Positions 1-12,859 of a stretch of DNA of 64,000 nucleotides are shown here, in pieces. The notes beneath the pieces were generated by a model. That model made no database searches. It worked only from the letters and a program-made list of their open reading frames with translations, and was not told the DNA's origin. How positions within the stretch are numbered: position 1 is the stretch's first letter; each line of letters starts with the position of its first letter. Both the position numbers and the translations under genes were made by a program. This DNA comes from Negaprion brevirostris (taxonomy: Eukaryota). The stretch lies in assembly GCA_030324005.1 (NCBI GenBank), contig JARDVH010000084.1, positions 91,434,129 to 91,498,128 on the forward strand, read 5' to 3'.

Positions 1-150
1 CAGGGAAGAAGCTGTTCTTGAATCGGTTGGTACGTGACCTCAGATTTTTGTATCTTTTTTCCGAAAAGAGAATGCCCAGGATGCCGGTGGTCCCTAGTTA
101 TGCTAGCTGCTTTGCCGAGGCGGGGGAAGTTTAGACAAAATGTAGACGTT
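1..150 (-). mobile_element. Rex1/Babar-type LINE 3' fragment
   Basis: Reverse complement resembles the Rex1/Babar 3' region also seen at 43795-44630; degraded. Confidence 0.45.
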
Positions 151-781
151 GATTGAGGGCGAAATATGGATGGAAATGGGGCCCATTCAGCCTGGTAGTA
201 AAATATGCCTGTAAGTTTGGCTGACAAGGTAAGGAGAAAAGATATTGCGGGTGGAGATTCAGAAGACGAACAATCATGAACAGCTGGTGAGAGTTTTTTT
301 TCGCGCACTTCGCAGTTGATACACCGTTGGGTAGAAGTTTAACATAAAATAAATTGAGTTTATAATTTATGTTCTACATAAATTGGCAGGGCTGGTGAGC
401 TTTAGAGTACCACGGTTTTCGTGTGTAAAAATGTGTCGGGTTTAGGGGACGTTGAATTTAAATCCACATGACATTAAACTATAAGGTTTCTTCCTTACAG
501 GCAAGTCGCGTACAGTGTTATGCTTAAAATTGTTATCAAATGGAAAAAGGAACATTGCAACCAGGAACGCCCACCATTCCATTTAGGCTAAATGCCCATT
601 GGGGGAGAAGGAACAGGACAGAAATAGACATTAGAGTAATATTTATATATCACATGCCGGCCTTGAAGCAAAATACACTGCTGTGAGTGCAAATACATTC
701 TGGCGGATCACAATCTCCATTGGCACAATGGGAGCTGCGAACTCTGCTGCTGGTTGTTCGATTATGTTAATAGAAACTTAC

Positions 782-808
782 TTTTCTGGCTTGCTTGAAG
801 TTCGAATG
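782..808 (-). CDS. 27-nt microexon of coiled-coil gene, (A)FELQASQK
   Basis: cttcttgttacag|CATTCGAACTTCAAGCAAGCCAGAAAA|gtaagt; phase 1 open; Leu at position 4 like other 27-nt exons. Confidence 0.6.
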
Positions 809-1228
809 CTGTAACAAGAAGTGCAATTCTATGAACGATATGCACTAAAATCAATTTCGCATCAAATCTGACGTTGCATTAATAGGGTGAAAATTAAAAC
901 ACAGATACTCAAAACATCGTTACCTCAGCCATGTGTCGTTTCTACATTGAGTGAACGAGATTAGAAAATTGGATGCGTGGCTCAATGGATGGTGTGCGGA
1001 AAAGGATGTGTCACACACTGCACGTAAGCATCTCATTCTCAGGAAAGCAGGCACCTTTCTGTTGAGGTCAGCGCCGCGAAAAGTCGTAGGAATTAAGCCG
1101 CATATCTCGAAGGACGGGAGGGACAGAGTGAAGTGAGATTCAGAAATCCAACGCGAAGAGTCGGGCACTAGAATATTGTGGCGATCTCTATAAGACCACA
1201 GGAACGCGCCAAGAATGGAATTAAAAAC

Positions 1229-1423
1229 AAAGAACAAAGAAAATTACAGCATAGGAACAGCACTTCGGCCCTCCAAACCTGCACCCACCATGCTGCCCTG
1301 CTTAACTAAACCCTTCCGCACTTCCGGGCACCACATCCCTCTATTCTCATCCAATTCATATATTTGTCAAGACGCCTCTCGCAAGTCACCACCGTATCCG
1401 CTTCCACTATCTCCCCCGGCACC
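1229..1423 (-). mobile_element. CR1 LINE 3' end
   Basis: agaacaaagaaaattacagcataggaacag...ttcggccc is the reverse complement of a CR1-type 3' tail; runs into gap. Confidence 0.65.
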
Positions 1424-1913
1424 NNNNNNNNNNNNNNNNNNNNNNNNNNNNNNNNNNNNNNNNNNNNNNNNNNNNNNNNNNNNNNNNNNNNNNNNNNNNN
1501 NNNNNNNNNNNNNNNNNNNNNNNTAGACAGAAGATCATGACTCTCTGCACCATTGAAGTCCATGCCAGAGACGTAGTTTTGAAACTCATCACACTAAAGG
1601 TTTGATCATGTTCATAATGTGTTACTGCATTGAGAAATCTGCGTGCACTTAACACGTTTATGCTTATGAACGGCCCAAAAAAAACACGTTGAAAACGATC
1701 TACCCCTGTGCATTACAATTATATTCTATAAAGTGTCGCATATCAGACTCGTGAGTAAATTAAGTAGAGCTCATGAAACCAAAGAGGTCAGAGGCAACAG
1801 TGATTCAATGCTGATTGGTTGGTAGTCCCAGGGAGTCGCAGTGAATCTTTGTTTGGACATGTTCGAAATGGAGATTTTTTTATATAGTTCTAGAAACTGT
1901 ACTCTTCCAGGGA

Positions 1914-2228
1914 TGGCATGATGTACAATGACCAGAATTGCTGCCTCACAACTTCAAGGACCTGCCTCAATTCCGGGCTTGGGTACCAATCTGTGTGCAG
2001 TTTGCGCACTCTCTGCATGTCTGCACCGGTTTCCTCCCAAATTCCAAAGAATTGCCGGTTGAGTGGGTTGTTCGTGCTAAATTGGTCGTTCGTGTCCCAA
2101 GATATGTAGGTTGGAAGGGATTAGAAGGATAGTGCGGGGGAGAGGGCCTAGGTAAGATATTCTTCCAAACTCGATGGGCCGAATGGTCTGTTATGCACTG
2201 TATTGATACTATGATTCGATGATTATAT
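1914..2228 (+). mobile_element. V-SINE (HE1-like) with CR1-type tail
   Basis: tRNA-like head, V-domain (tgtgtgcagtttgc...ggtttcctccc), tail ctcgatgggccgaatgg. Confidence 0.7.
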
Positions 2229-2299
2229 GATTAATAAGATGTAAACAGCGTCAGTTCCAAANNNNNNNNNNGCAGAGAATGTAAGTTTTAAGTATCGTG

Positions 2300-3200
2300 A
2301 AATAAGTGAAGATGGTGCGGGAAGACACAATTAAATGGAGATTTTGGCGGAGTGAGCGGAGAAGTAAAAGGTTACATTTAATGACAAGAAGTGCGAAGTG
2401 ATTCATTTTGGTAGGAACTTCAGAAATACGCTCTTCAATTCCAATGTTAGTGCAGGGGCAATGCAATCTCTGTTGCTCACACCATTCATGACGGCAGGGC
2501 AAGGTGAGGGAGCGGGTAATAAAGCCTTAAGCGTTAATGGCTTTAAAATACCGGCGCAGAAAACAAAAGAATGAAAGATAGGTTTATTATGTATCGTATT
2601 GTATTGGGTATTGGGTTGGCCTTAACCGGAATATTCATCCAATTATGGAAACAGTTTAAAAATGGCATGATGTCGTTACAGAGAGAGAGAGAGCAAATAC
2701 AGTTCACCAGAATGGTTATAGGGACACGTCTCTTTTATTAGATTCATAGGTTTCAAAGTAGGATTACTGTCCTTGGCAAATGAATGACTGAGAGAACACT
2801 TCAGAGGAGGATTCAACATCATTGTGCATTTTGACAAAATCGGTAGGGAACTCTTTCCATTGTTGGAGAGGCGGGGATAGGGAGGAGTGTGGTCAGTTGG
2901 CAGAAAGAACCATAGTTCACTGATTTAAGTTAATGAATCAATGATGACATGTAAGAAAGATAAATAGATAGGTGGTGTTTGCATCTGCAATCTACTGCTG
3001 GAGATTGTAATGAAGGCAACTTTATTAGATAAAGAGAAAAGCGAATTGGGTCAGGATCTGAAAGAAAAATAACGTCGTGTAAGTTTAGGCAGGATGCCGC
3101 AGGGAGTTGGGGTGGTGCTTTGTTGGATTGCTTTCTCCGTGAGCTAGCACGAATCGGACTCTCCCAACTGCCTCACCCTGTTTTAAAAATACTTTGATTC
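2300..3200 (+). mobile_element. Highly degraded CR1 ORF2 3' portion
   Basis: aagtgcgaagtgattcattttggtagg (KCEVIHFGR) and gttcaccagaatg motifs; many stops. Confidence 0.55.
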
Positions 3201-3842
3201 TGTGCCGAAAATCTTAGGCCTGGCATTCAATATTAATTGAACAGAAATTGTTGAAATTTTTGAAGTGACATCAGGTTTATTCCTTTAACTGGAAAACTCC
3301 TCTTAGACGTTTCCAATATCCAGATGAATTTAAATTTGGCTCAGTTGAGATCAATATATGTTCCTTGCATTACCATATCAGTCAGTACAGACCAAAGGTG
3401 GATAATTAGAATTGTGGAGGATAAAAGTTGTTGGATTCTACGGTTAAACAGCATATAACACCCCAGTAATCGATTCCTGCTCCAATCTCCCTTTCGATAT
3501 TTCATTGTTCCTTGCAGTTTTTTGACGAAAATTCGTGTGTTCCATTCCAGGCAATTTCTGAGTCCGCTTTCTGGTGACCAATGTCACCAGAAAGTCAGAT
3601 TTGCACGAGGCCTCCGAGGCTGATTGACTCTTTGGCCAGTTGAAAATCGTTTACATATTTCGCATGCAATTACAGTAGTATGCATAATACACAGTTATTC
3701 CTGGGTAAGATGCTCTTTCTGTGAGTTGGTGCAGACGCCGTGGACCGAATTGCGGCCTTCTGCACTGTCGGGCACCTATGACTATATGACTCTACAATGT
3801 GATGCTATTGAACTTCTGAAACGGGTGTACTCAGCGGAACTC

Positions 3843-3917
3843 TCAGCTATTTACCATTTATATAGATGATCTGGAGGAGGGAACCGAGTGTATGGTGTCG
3901 AAATTTGCTGATGACAC
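3843..3917 (+). mobile_element. CR1 reverse transcriptase fragment
   Basis: Translates QLFTIYIDDLEEGTECMVSKFADDT (FADD RT motif); ends at 100-N gap. Confidence 0.85.
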
Positions 3918-4034
3918 NNNNNNNNNNNNNNNNNNNNNNNNNNNNNNNNNNNNNNNNNNNNNNNNNNNNNNNNNNNNNNNNNNNNNNNNNNNNNNNNNNN
4001 NNNNNNNNNNNNNNNNNCCCCTGTAATATCTCAC

Positions 4035-4240
4035 CTCGTCTTTGATCCAGATATTGGTGCTCCTGTCTCAACAAGCCAGACGCTGCCATTGGCTGTCACA
4101 TTGGGATGGTGCAGGAGGTGGCAGTTGTTGGTGCTCAGTGGCAGGGTTCCCATCCGCTGGGGACTGGGTGGGTAGAGAATGCCCCCCACAGACACCCAGA
4201 GAGAAATGGCAATTCCAGCCACCACGCCTGAAAACGCACC
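4035..4240 (-). CDS. SLC5A5: Single internal exon of a sodium:solute symporter, most like sodium/iodide symporter
   Basis: ttctctctttgccag|GGT...ACGAG|gtgaga; GAFSGVVAGIAISLWVSVGGILYPPSPQRMGTLPLSTNNC matches the SLC5A5/6/8 'SLWV..G..LYPP...LP.S...C' segment; 206 nt, phase 0 to 2. Paralog assignment is from memory. Confidence 0.7.
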
Positions 4241-4581
4241 CTGGCAAAGAGAGAACACGGATCAGGAATCCCAATGAACACCCAGTTAAAGAACCCCGAG
4301 AAACGTTCAAACAACAGGAGAATGGTAGCTTCAGTCAGTGAACCAAAAGGTTGATGGGTTATTTTAAAGGAACACAACACAGAGGGCACAATTCCCCAAC
4401 ACTTCCCACCAATGGCATCTTCCAGCCCCAACGCAGTCAATAGCAATTTACATTCCTTGTCGTAATTACTGTCAGGGAACCTGCACTACAGCAAGAAGTC
4501 AACTTCGTTCAAGATCGGAAGGTAGGTCCTGCTGGGGGGCAGAGGTTGGCAAATTCCACCCATAGAATTTACAGAAACAGG

Positions 4582-4884
4582 TGTGATGGTACTGTGCCTT
4601 TAAGAAATGTATTTTAATCATGTTTCTCTGCAGAATCTTTTATTGGCACCGTGTTGTCTGCAGCCGGTGTCTTTTATTGTTACTGAAGCAGTATAATTAA
4701 CACTGTGTTGATTTTAATCTGGGCTAACGCGGTGTTCTGTGGCTTTAATACTCCTTTGGAAATTGCAAGATTACAGTGAGGATAATGGGTTGTATATTGT
4801 GAGAATTCAATTAATATATTAGGTTGTTTAGGGCTTTAGTGAATATATTTAAATGTGAGGTCTTTAAAATTTCAATGAGGATAT
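4582..4884 (+). mobile_element. LTR-like fragment
   Basis: Begins tgtgatggtactgtgcctttaag, resembling fish/shark Gypsy-type LTR starts; truncated by CR1. Confidence 0.4.
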
Positions 4885-5237
4885 TTGAGTGGAACTTATA
4901 AAATGTTGAGAGGAATAGATAGGGTGGATTCTCGAAGATTATTTCCCAGGGCTGAAATTGTCGCTACAGGAGGACACAGGTTTAAGGTGCTGGGGAGCAA
5001 GTACAGAGGAGATGTTAGGGGTAAGTTTTTCACTCAGAGGGTGGTAAGTGAGTGGAATCGGCTGCCGTCGGTGGTGGTAGAGGCGAACTCGCAGGCGTAT
5101 TTTAAAAGACTTCTGGATGAGTATATGGGAGCTAATGGGATTGGACGTTACAGATAGTTCTGTGGCTTGGCAAGTATAGATGTGATCGGCGCAACTTGTG
5201 GGCCGAAGGGCCTGTTTGTGCTGTAGTGTTCTATGTT
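4885..5237 (+). mobile_element. CR1 ORF2 C-terminus and 3' tail
   Basis: YKMLRGIDRVD...GHRFKV...FFTQRVVSEWNRLP...FKRLLD; tail gggccgaagggcctgttt...ttctatgtt. Confidence 0.9.
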
Positions 5238-5318
5238 ATTAAGTGGACAAAAGCAGTGTAAGGGCAGATGGACATTAAGGGAAACAAAAAACATAAGTGA
5301 TCTTATTCACTTTTTTAC

Positions 5319-5345
5319 CTCTCTCCTTTTCGTTCAATAGTTTTT
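5319..5345 (-). CDS. 27-nt microexon EKLLNEKER
   Basis: tattttgtttggcag|AAAAACTATTGAACGAAAAGGAGAGAG|gtaaaa; homologous to 22849-22875 and 18818-18844. Confidence 0.8.
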
Positions 5346-6039
5346 CTGCCAAACAAAATAGACAAAAGCAATCATCATAGAGTCGGAATGCAGTAGATGG
5401 CTTCGTGAGCAACTGATTGCTACAAAAAGTGAGGATAACTCTATGAAACTGTTTCAAAATTCAAGAGTTGTGTGCCTACGTTCATATTTAAATTAACGTA
5501 CATTTGATATCCAGGGACATTTTTAACTGCAGAATATGTTATGGTTCTTAGTTGTATAATGCACATGGAGTTTTCATCTCGGAGTTTTACACTGGCAATG
5601 AACTTCCTATAATTTCATGCTTAGTATACGCATGATAGTTTGTCTAGCACAAACAAAATCATATAAAAAGTGTGGTCAAATGTAAAGTGTAATAGCAGAT
5701 TAAATCCTTTGACACAGCTAAAAACAGTTTGAAATCATGGGATCGTTTTTCAAATTCTAATCACATGCTGCGAAATTGGAAAGTTCATATAACCAGCATT
5801 CACCACAAAACACAAGGCCTTATTCCCAAGTGACAAGTAGGAAGACGAATGGTGGCTTCATGCTAATTCCCGGAAGTCCTGATGATTGTTTTGAAAACAT
5901 TCACCTATTTGAGATTCTCACTGCGCCGTTATGTGCACAACATAATTCGATTTTGATCAACACATGTTCATTGTCATGGAGTGAAGTAATTTGCTGTGTA
6001 ATAGTGACATTAAATAGGTTATACTCAATTTAGCCATAC

Positions 6040-6066
6040 CCAGTTTTTGAAGTTTGCTCTGTAGAT
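6040..6066 (-). CDS. 27-nt microexon DLQSKLQKL
   Basis: T-rich tract ...acttttag|ATCTACAGAGCAAACTTCAAAAACTGG|gtatgg; phase 1 open. Confidence 0.8.
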
Positions 6067-6903
6067 CTAAAAGTAAAAAAAAAATTGGATTGCACGTTCA
6101 TTATAAGAGCTATAAGAAGTACAATGAAGAGTCCAGATGATTGATCCACCAGTAGGAAAATGATATGAACGATAAAACAGTAATAATCACTTCAATAAAA
6201 CGCAAAATGTATGTTAATTGAAAGGAATGTCTTTGAAGATCGCAGCTATATGAAAGACGGTCCTATATATTTTATGGACTCCCTGTGAAATCACATGCAC
6301 CAGAATGCTATTTACAGGTTACAACGTTCCTACATTTCAACTAAGTATTTTCAGTACTAACTTTGCAGTGTTTCTTTTCATGAAACCACGTCAGAAAAAT
6401 TTAGTTTCTATACACTTTAATCGAGTTAAAATTTCTGTCAATGGTGTTTTGTGTGCAGTAACAATGAATTCCCAAAACCGAGCATTTTCATTGTGCATTT
6501 TTTACCTTCATACCTGCACTGAACAAATTTTGTTCAACAGACGATAGGGAAAATCATCATCATACTTATTCACACGGCAAATTCTACGTGCTTATTCGTT
6601 TGTTCCGATAATAGCGAACTTTGCCCTTAGTTCATAACGTTACTCTTTCTTATCTTAGATGAGTGTAATATGTGAATGGCATCCTTTCAACACACACATA
6701 AAAACACACACACATACCACAGAAATAAAGTTTCTGGTCAATGGAATAGATTTTTCATGTATTGCAAAAGGAATAACATTGTATTGCACATTTTTCAATA
6801 TTTAGCGTTCTCAATGGAACATAAGAACGTAAGAATTAGGAGCAGGAGTATGCCATTTGGCCCCTCGAGCGTGCACAGTATGTGTCAAGGAAATTCAAGT
6901 AGA

Positions 6904-7860
6904 TCATGCCAGGTCCATGATTCTCGATTGCATGTTTTTCATCCACGAATATTTAGCACCAAAACTGCCCTTGTTTGTGTAAATTCTCCAAGCCACAACA
7001 ACACCAATTTTGTATTCGACACAATGCACATTGACGTGAGTGCACGATTTCGAATTTTTCATTTCTTCCTCACATGTATACTTTACAACCTTGCTTCACC
7101 CCACCAATTCGTCTGTTTGTCCTCTCACCAGATTTTGTATCTAGCTAGAATTTAAATACAATACAACGTAAATTATTCAGCTACTCGTTGCATAGTCTGC
7201 TCATTGACATTTACCCTGCAAGGAACTAGCTATCTCGGCGATGAGTTATTGTCATCCACGAATGTTGCTCAGTTAAACTAGTTTGGCTGAATGCCCTCCT
7301 TTAACACTGAAAATTCTGTTAATTTCTACAGGCAGGAATTACTGCAGGATTCATTCTTCAGATTATCAATTTGATTCCAGGAGCTTCAAGAGATTCAGAC
7401 TCTTTAGGTCAGAGATAGAGTGATGATACAGGAGAGAGGGTGTATAATATCGGGACTATTGGGGTCACTTCTGGAGAAGTTGGTCCCTCTACAGGTTGGA
7501 GTAGTAACATCTAAAAAGAGCTCTGACTGTATGTCTGGCGAGGTGCTAGACTAATTGAAAAAAACTTGGCGAAGGTTTAGGAATATGAAATGGTGATAGA
7601 GTAGAAAACCCAGATGTGGAGAAAACTGGGAGGGACTGGAATAAGTATAGTAACAAATAGTAAAGTTTTGTTAGAACACGTTCGGAAGAAATGCAACAAA
7701 TTCGAAATTTACGTTATCATGCACTCATGTCACTGTGCATAGTGTTGAATACAAAATTGGTGTCGTTGTGGCCTGGAAAATTGTCTCAAACAAGGGCAGT
7801 TTTCGTGCTAAATATCCATGGATGCAAAACATGGAATCGAAGATAATGGATCTGGTTTGA
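6904..7860. repeat. Diverged long inverted repeat (arms ~6904-7070 and ~7685-7860)
   Basis: atttagcaccaaaactgcccttgtttg...accaattttgtattc versus gaatacaaaattggt...caaacaagggcagttttcgtgctaaat. Confidence 0.85.
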
Positions 7861-8149
7861 ATTACATGAATGTTGAAAGAATAATAAAATTTATAAAGCA
7901 GACTTGTGACGAGAGTGAGAGCCTTTCGAATAAAAATAGGCTGTAGGAATATCGATGGATGCGAAGTTTATCTATTGTCAGGGGAAAAAGAGGAATGCTG
8001 AACAGTTGTTTATTGGACTATTATTAGACCTTTCGTTGCGTCTTAGAGTTCGAAATTAAAACCCTTGTTATTGTTACATTTTACTGTCGAAAGCCTTGGT
8101 ATGCAGGCTACACTGAATATTCGGAGATGTCACGAGTAGTGGACGAAAT

Positions 8150-10290
8150 CATAGAACTAAAGAGTCTTAGAATCACACAGTGCAATAAAGGTCCTTCGCC
8201 CCATCGAGTCTGCATCAACAAGAGAGAAATATCTGAAATTCTCCCTATTCCCGTTTATCTGCTCTTGGCTAATTAACTTGAATGTTATAACGTGCCAAGT
8301 GCTCATCCAGATACTTTCTAAAGGATTGAGGCAACCTTCCCAGGTAGCGCATGTCAGTCTGCACAAGCCTCTTCTTCATAAATGTCCTATCCCTCATCTT
8401 GAGCACGTGTCCCTTTGTGACAGACCCTTCAACTAAGGGAAACAGTTGCTACCTTCCCGCACTTTATATGCTCCTCATAATCTTGCACATCTTAATCGGA
8501 TCGCCCCTCAGTCTTCTGTGCTCCAACGAAAACAAACTATTATCGGACAACAAATTTTATGAAATTGAGCGCACAAAATGGAAGCAAGCTAAAGTTATCC
8601 TCAGAGCCTTCCACTAAATTCACAAAGTAACAGACTTGCCTACTTATCAGTAGGCAAGAGCATGCTTTTAGAATGCAAATGCGGGCTAGCACATAAGGGA
8701 AATTGGACAGGATGGCACCTACAGGAACTAAATTAAAGAACACATCGCCACCCCATCAAAATCAGCACTTCTAAACCAGTCAAACAACCCATGGAGACAC
8801 CTAAAATTAACAGAGTTAAGGAAACGTCCCTGGCCCCTCAAACCTCTTTGAGATCAATGACACACCTATGGTTCAAACCACAGAGATTCTAGACCATTGA
8901 TAACCAACCAGACAAAAACAATTAACACACACTTAAAACAATTGCTTCAACACTCGAAAACATCGAGACAGGATGGCTGAAGTCAAATACGGTAAATAAA
9001 GGATTAGCATTTGAAACGTGAAGTTCAGGTGTAACTATGGCCCATTGTGGGGGAGTCTTTAGAGCACTTTCGGGCCAGTCCGATTGTATGTCCTGACTGT
9101 GCTTCTCCGTCAACGTAAAAGAAATAAAGCTGTGTCATTATTGAACTTCACCCTGAGTCTGTAGTGGTCGTTTTACCTACTCACGCCAACAGTCATGATC
9201 TTTAAACTCTTTGGCAGGGCACTCTGTGCTACAGCAGGTAATGAGAATCAAGCAGTTTATTTTCATGGGTGTATTCCTGAAATCCTCATTCTGACCTACT
9301 GTAATGATGAACACTACAGACTTCATCAGGGACACAAATTAATGAGGAAAACTGTACAGAGACCCGCGGCCTCATCAGCCACCCTGGAATACCCATCAGC
9401 TATGCTAGTTCCTATATGTCTTCAATCTAAGAGAGAGATCCACACCCCTGGGGTGATTATCCACTCTCAGTCCCAATTGGTCCCTCAATCTAATTGGACC
9501 CTCTTCTGTCGTGTTGTCCTTGAAAGGACAATCATGACAAACACCACACCTGCTCCAGAAAACTGGGAGAGGACATAAGAACATAAGAAATAGGAGCAGG
9601 AGTAGGCCATGTAGCCCTTCGAGCCTGCCCCACCATTCAACAAGATCATGGCTGATCTGTCGTGGCTCAGTTCCACATTCCAGCCCTCTNNNNNNNNNNN
9701 NNNNNNNNNNNNNNNNNNNNNNNNNNNNNNNNNNNNNNNNNNNNNNNNNNNNNNNNNNNNNNNNNNNNNNNNNNNNNNNNNNNNNNNNNCACACTTAAAA
9801 CAATTGCTCCAACACTCGAAAACATCGAAACAGGATGGCTGAAGTCAAATACTGTAAATAAAGGATCAGCGTTTGAAACGCGAAGTTCAGGTATAACTAT
9901 AGCCCGTTGTGGGGGAGTCTTTAGAGCACTTTCGAGACAGTCCGATTTTATGTCCTGACTTTGTTTCTCCGTCGACGTAAAAAGAAAATAAAGCTGTGCC
10001 GTTTTTGAACTTCACCCTGAGTCCGTAGTGGTCGTTTCGCCCACTCGCGCTAACAAAACCAAGCCTATCCAAGCTCTGTTCAGAAATCAAATGTTCCTTC
10101 CAAGGCAGCAACCTGGCGAATATCGTCTGCACCCCCTTCAGTGCAATCACATTCTTCCTGTAATGTGGCGACCAGAATTGCACACAATACTTTAGTTGTT
10201 GCCTCACCAAAGTTCTGTACAACTCCAAGATGGCTTCAGTGCTTTTGAAACATATTCCTCGATCGACAAAGGCACGTGTCCCTTATGCGT
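8150..10290 (-). mobile_element. CR1 3' portion split by an LTR insertion (8150-8537 and 10056-10290)
   Basis: Minus strand LYRTLVRQQLKYCVQFWSPHYRKNVIALKGVQ; CR1 reads continuously if 8538-10055 is removed. Confidence 0.8.
8538..10055 (+). mobile_element. LTR with two diverged 3' halves (8538-9191; 9790-10055)
   Basis: Termini tattatcg...cgctaaca, internal AATAAA, 4-bp TSD aaac (8534-8537 / 10056-10059), ~260-bp direct repeat. Confidence 0.75.
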
Positions 10291-11640
10291 TGGAAGGACA
10301 GTGAATTGTGAGAACGACTGCATTCCCTTTCAGAAGGATAACTGATCGATAAAATGGGCAGATAAGCGGCAGGTATCAGTAATTAAGTGGTGTGCAAGGG
10401 CAATAGTACAAGGAATTATATAATTAAGAGTACAATACAGAAGAGGATCATATCTGCATGAATTATGCAAGTGGCAGAGTAAGTTGAGGGAGAGGGAGAA
10501 ATCAAAAAGCATCCGGAATCCTGTTTTTTTGTAAACAGAGGCATAGAGTGCAAACGCAGGGATGTTGCAAAAAACCCATGTAAAATGCAATGCACTAAAT
10601 GGAGGATTGTTTCTAGTTTTTAGAAATCATGTGAAGGCANNNNNNNNNNNNNNNNNNNNNNNNNNNNNNNNNNNNNNNNNNNNNNNNNNNNNNNNNNNNN
10701 NNNNNNNNNNNNNNNNNNNNNNNNNNNNNNNNNNNNNNNNNNNNNNNNNNNNNNNNNNNNNNNNNNNNNNNNNNNNNNNNNNNNNNNNNNNNNNNNNNNN
10801 NNNNNNNNNNNNNNNNNNNNNNNNNNNNNNNNNNNNNNNNNNNNNNNNNNNNNNNNNNNNNNNNNNNNNNNNNNNNNNNNNNNNNNNNNNNNNNNNNNNN
10901 NNNNNNNNNNNNNNNNNNNNNNNNNNNNNNNNNNNNNNNNNNNNNNNNNNNNNNNNNNNNNNNNNNNNNNNNNNNNNNNNNNNNNNNNNNNNNNNNNNNN
11001 NNNNNNNNNNNNNNNNNNNNNNNNNNNNNNNNNNNNNNNNNNNNNNNNNNNNNNNNNNNNNNNNNNTCAAATGCCTCAATCAATGCTATGAGTATTTGAT
11101 TCGATTTGAGGCTTGCTTTAAAATAACGTTTGATTCAGGACCTCCTTCGAAGGCAAAATATTAGATGATGTCAGGCTAGGACTGACGTCGTAAACTCTGC
11201 TTAAATGCCAGGCTGGATTTTGCAATTTGCCATTAAGTTAATCTTATTGAAATAGGCTCGTAGTGCTTACAAGATTTTCCAGGCATAAGTCCTGCCNNNN
11301 NNNNNNCTCCGCATTAGCTACAGCATGAGCTGTTTTATTTGCCTGTCACGTGGCAATTTTATTTTGTAGCATCATTGACTGTTTTTGGTAGGCATTAAGA
11401 CAACTGTACTTTGAAGGCGTTTCACTTTGCTCAAGATTTCCGCATGTAAATACTGTGAAATGTGGTCATACGCGGATGTTACAGAGATGGAATGCAACAT
11501 GCTTTCTGCAGCAAAGATTTCCTTTCACGTAATTGGTTTCACGAGATTGTCAGAATTCTCTTCTTGTCTTTTACCTCAATGACCTGTAATATTAAACAAG
11601 AAGGTTTCACGTAAAATGATTATCACTCAAGATATTTTAC

Positions 11641-11664
11641 CTTTCACTTGTTTCATCTTCTCCA
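11641..11664 (-). CDS. 24-nt microexon VEKMKQVK
   Basis: ttttcaatttatcag|TGGAGAAGATGAAACAAGTGAAAG|gtaaaa; counterpart of 33681-33704. Confidence 0.75.
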
Positions 11665-11769
11665 CTGATAAATTGAAAACAAATATGGACTAGAACGTGC
11701 GAATATGGAGTCGTCGGGAGTCATGAGAATTTTGCACATTATTGGGTAAGTTTAGCTCTGTGCAAATGT

Positions 11770-12075
11770 GCACAACTGGGAATGTTTAATTTCGCCTCAT
11801 AGCGCCAGAGGCTCAAATTCAATTGTGGCTTCAGGTGTCGTCTCTGCGGAGTTTGGGAAATTCTTCCCGTGTCTGCAAAGGTTTCCTCCGGGTGCGCTAG
11901 TTTCTTCTTGCAGTCCACACATCTGGACGTTAGTTGAATTGGTCATGCTAAATTGCCCTTTAGTTCTAGGTGGATTAGGAGGCTGAATTATGGGGATAGG
12001 GGCTGGGTCGGAAGTTGTCGGTGCAGGCTTGACGGGCCCAATGGCCTGTTTCTGCTCCGTAGGATTCTGTGATTC
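11770..12075 (+). mobile_element. V-SINE
   Basis: V-domain plus CR1-type tail gacgggcccaatggcctgtttctg. Confidence 0.7.
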
Positions 12076-12308
12076 TACAACCCACCCCAACGATTTTCAG
12101 AACCCAAGAAAGATGTGGTCCTGAGTTGCAAGTGTCTCCGACAGAGGCAGCAATAATTGAGAACAGCACCAGCTGCATGAAAGACATTACAGCTGTCGAA
12201 GTCAGTCTCCTTCGAGCCTACAAACTCAATCTTCACGATGTAAACTCAAATTAATAACACACCGTGTCACCATAAAACAAAATACTACATGGTCATTGGG
12301 TACTTTAC

Positions 12309-12335
12309 CGAGTTGTTTTCGATATCTTTCGCTTT
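12309..12335 (-). CDS. 27-nt microexon ESERYRKQL
   Basis: T-run ...ttcag|AAAGCGAAAGATATCGAAAACAACTCG|gtaaag; ends CAACTCG like 34798-34824. Confidence 0.8.
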
Positions 12336-12859
12336 CTGAAAAAAAGGGATGTAACAGACAAGTTATAATGCTCCAAGGAAAGGTATGGGATTATAACACA
12401 TAACAGAAATGCAGAATAAACTTAGCATCTGTGGAGAGAGAAACATAATTAACTTTTCATTTCCAAGTGACTTCTTCAGAATTGGGTAGTGATACATATT
12501 TCTTGTCCTTGCGCCATCAGCTAATGGGAATGTTTTCCTTATCTAACCACCAAATATGTCGTAAATTTGTACATCACTATATTTAAAAAAACTTCTCTTA
12601 TTCATCTTTGTTCCAACGAGAACAAACCCCGCAACCCCAAGCATATCTTGCAGGTAAACCTACCCATTCATGGATCGATTCATTGTAGATCATAAATTCT
12701 TACTTAAGTATACTCACCAATATTATGCTCTCATGGTGGCATAACTGAACATTTATAAAGCTGTTACTTCTGTCCTTTGTACCCAATGCTTCCTAATTGT
12801 TGGCACAAGGAAGGCCAGACAACGGGAAACGAAACTGTCGGACGTCTCCTTCGAAACTT

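Noticed and set aside
924-932. ATG GCT GAG|gtaacg as a first coding exon
   Set aside because: Lies at the 3' side of the minus-strand array, weak Kozak context, and phase 0 conflicts with the phase-1 series.
5865-5873. STAT GAS motif TTCCCGGAA
   Set aside because: Isolated 9-mer with no supporting context.
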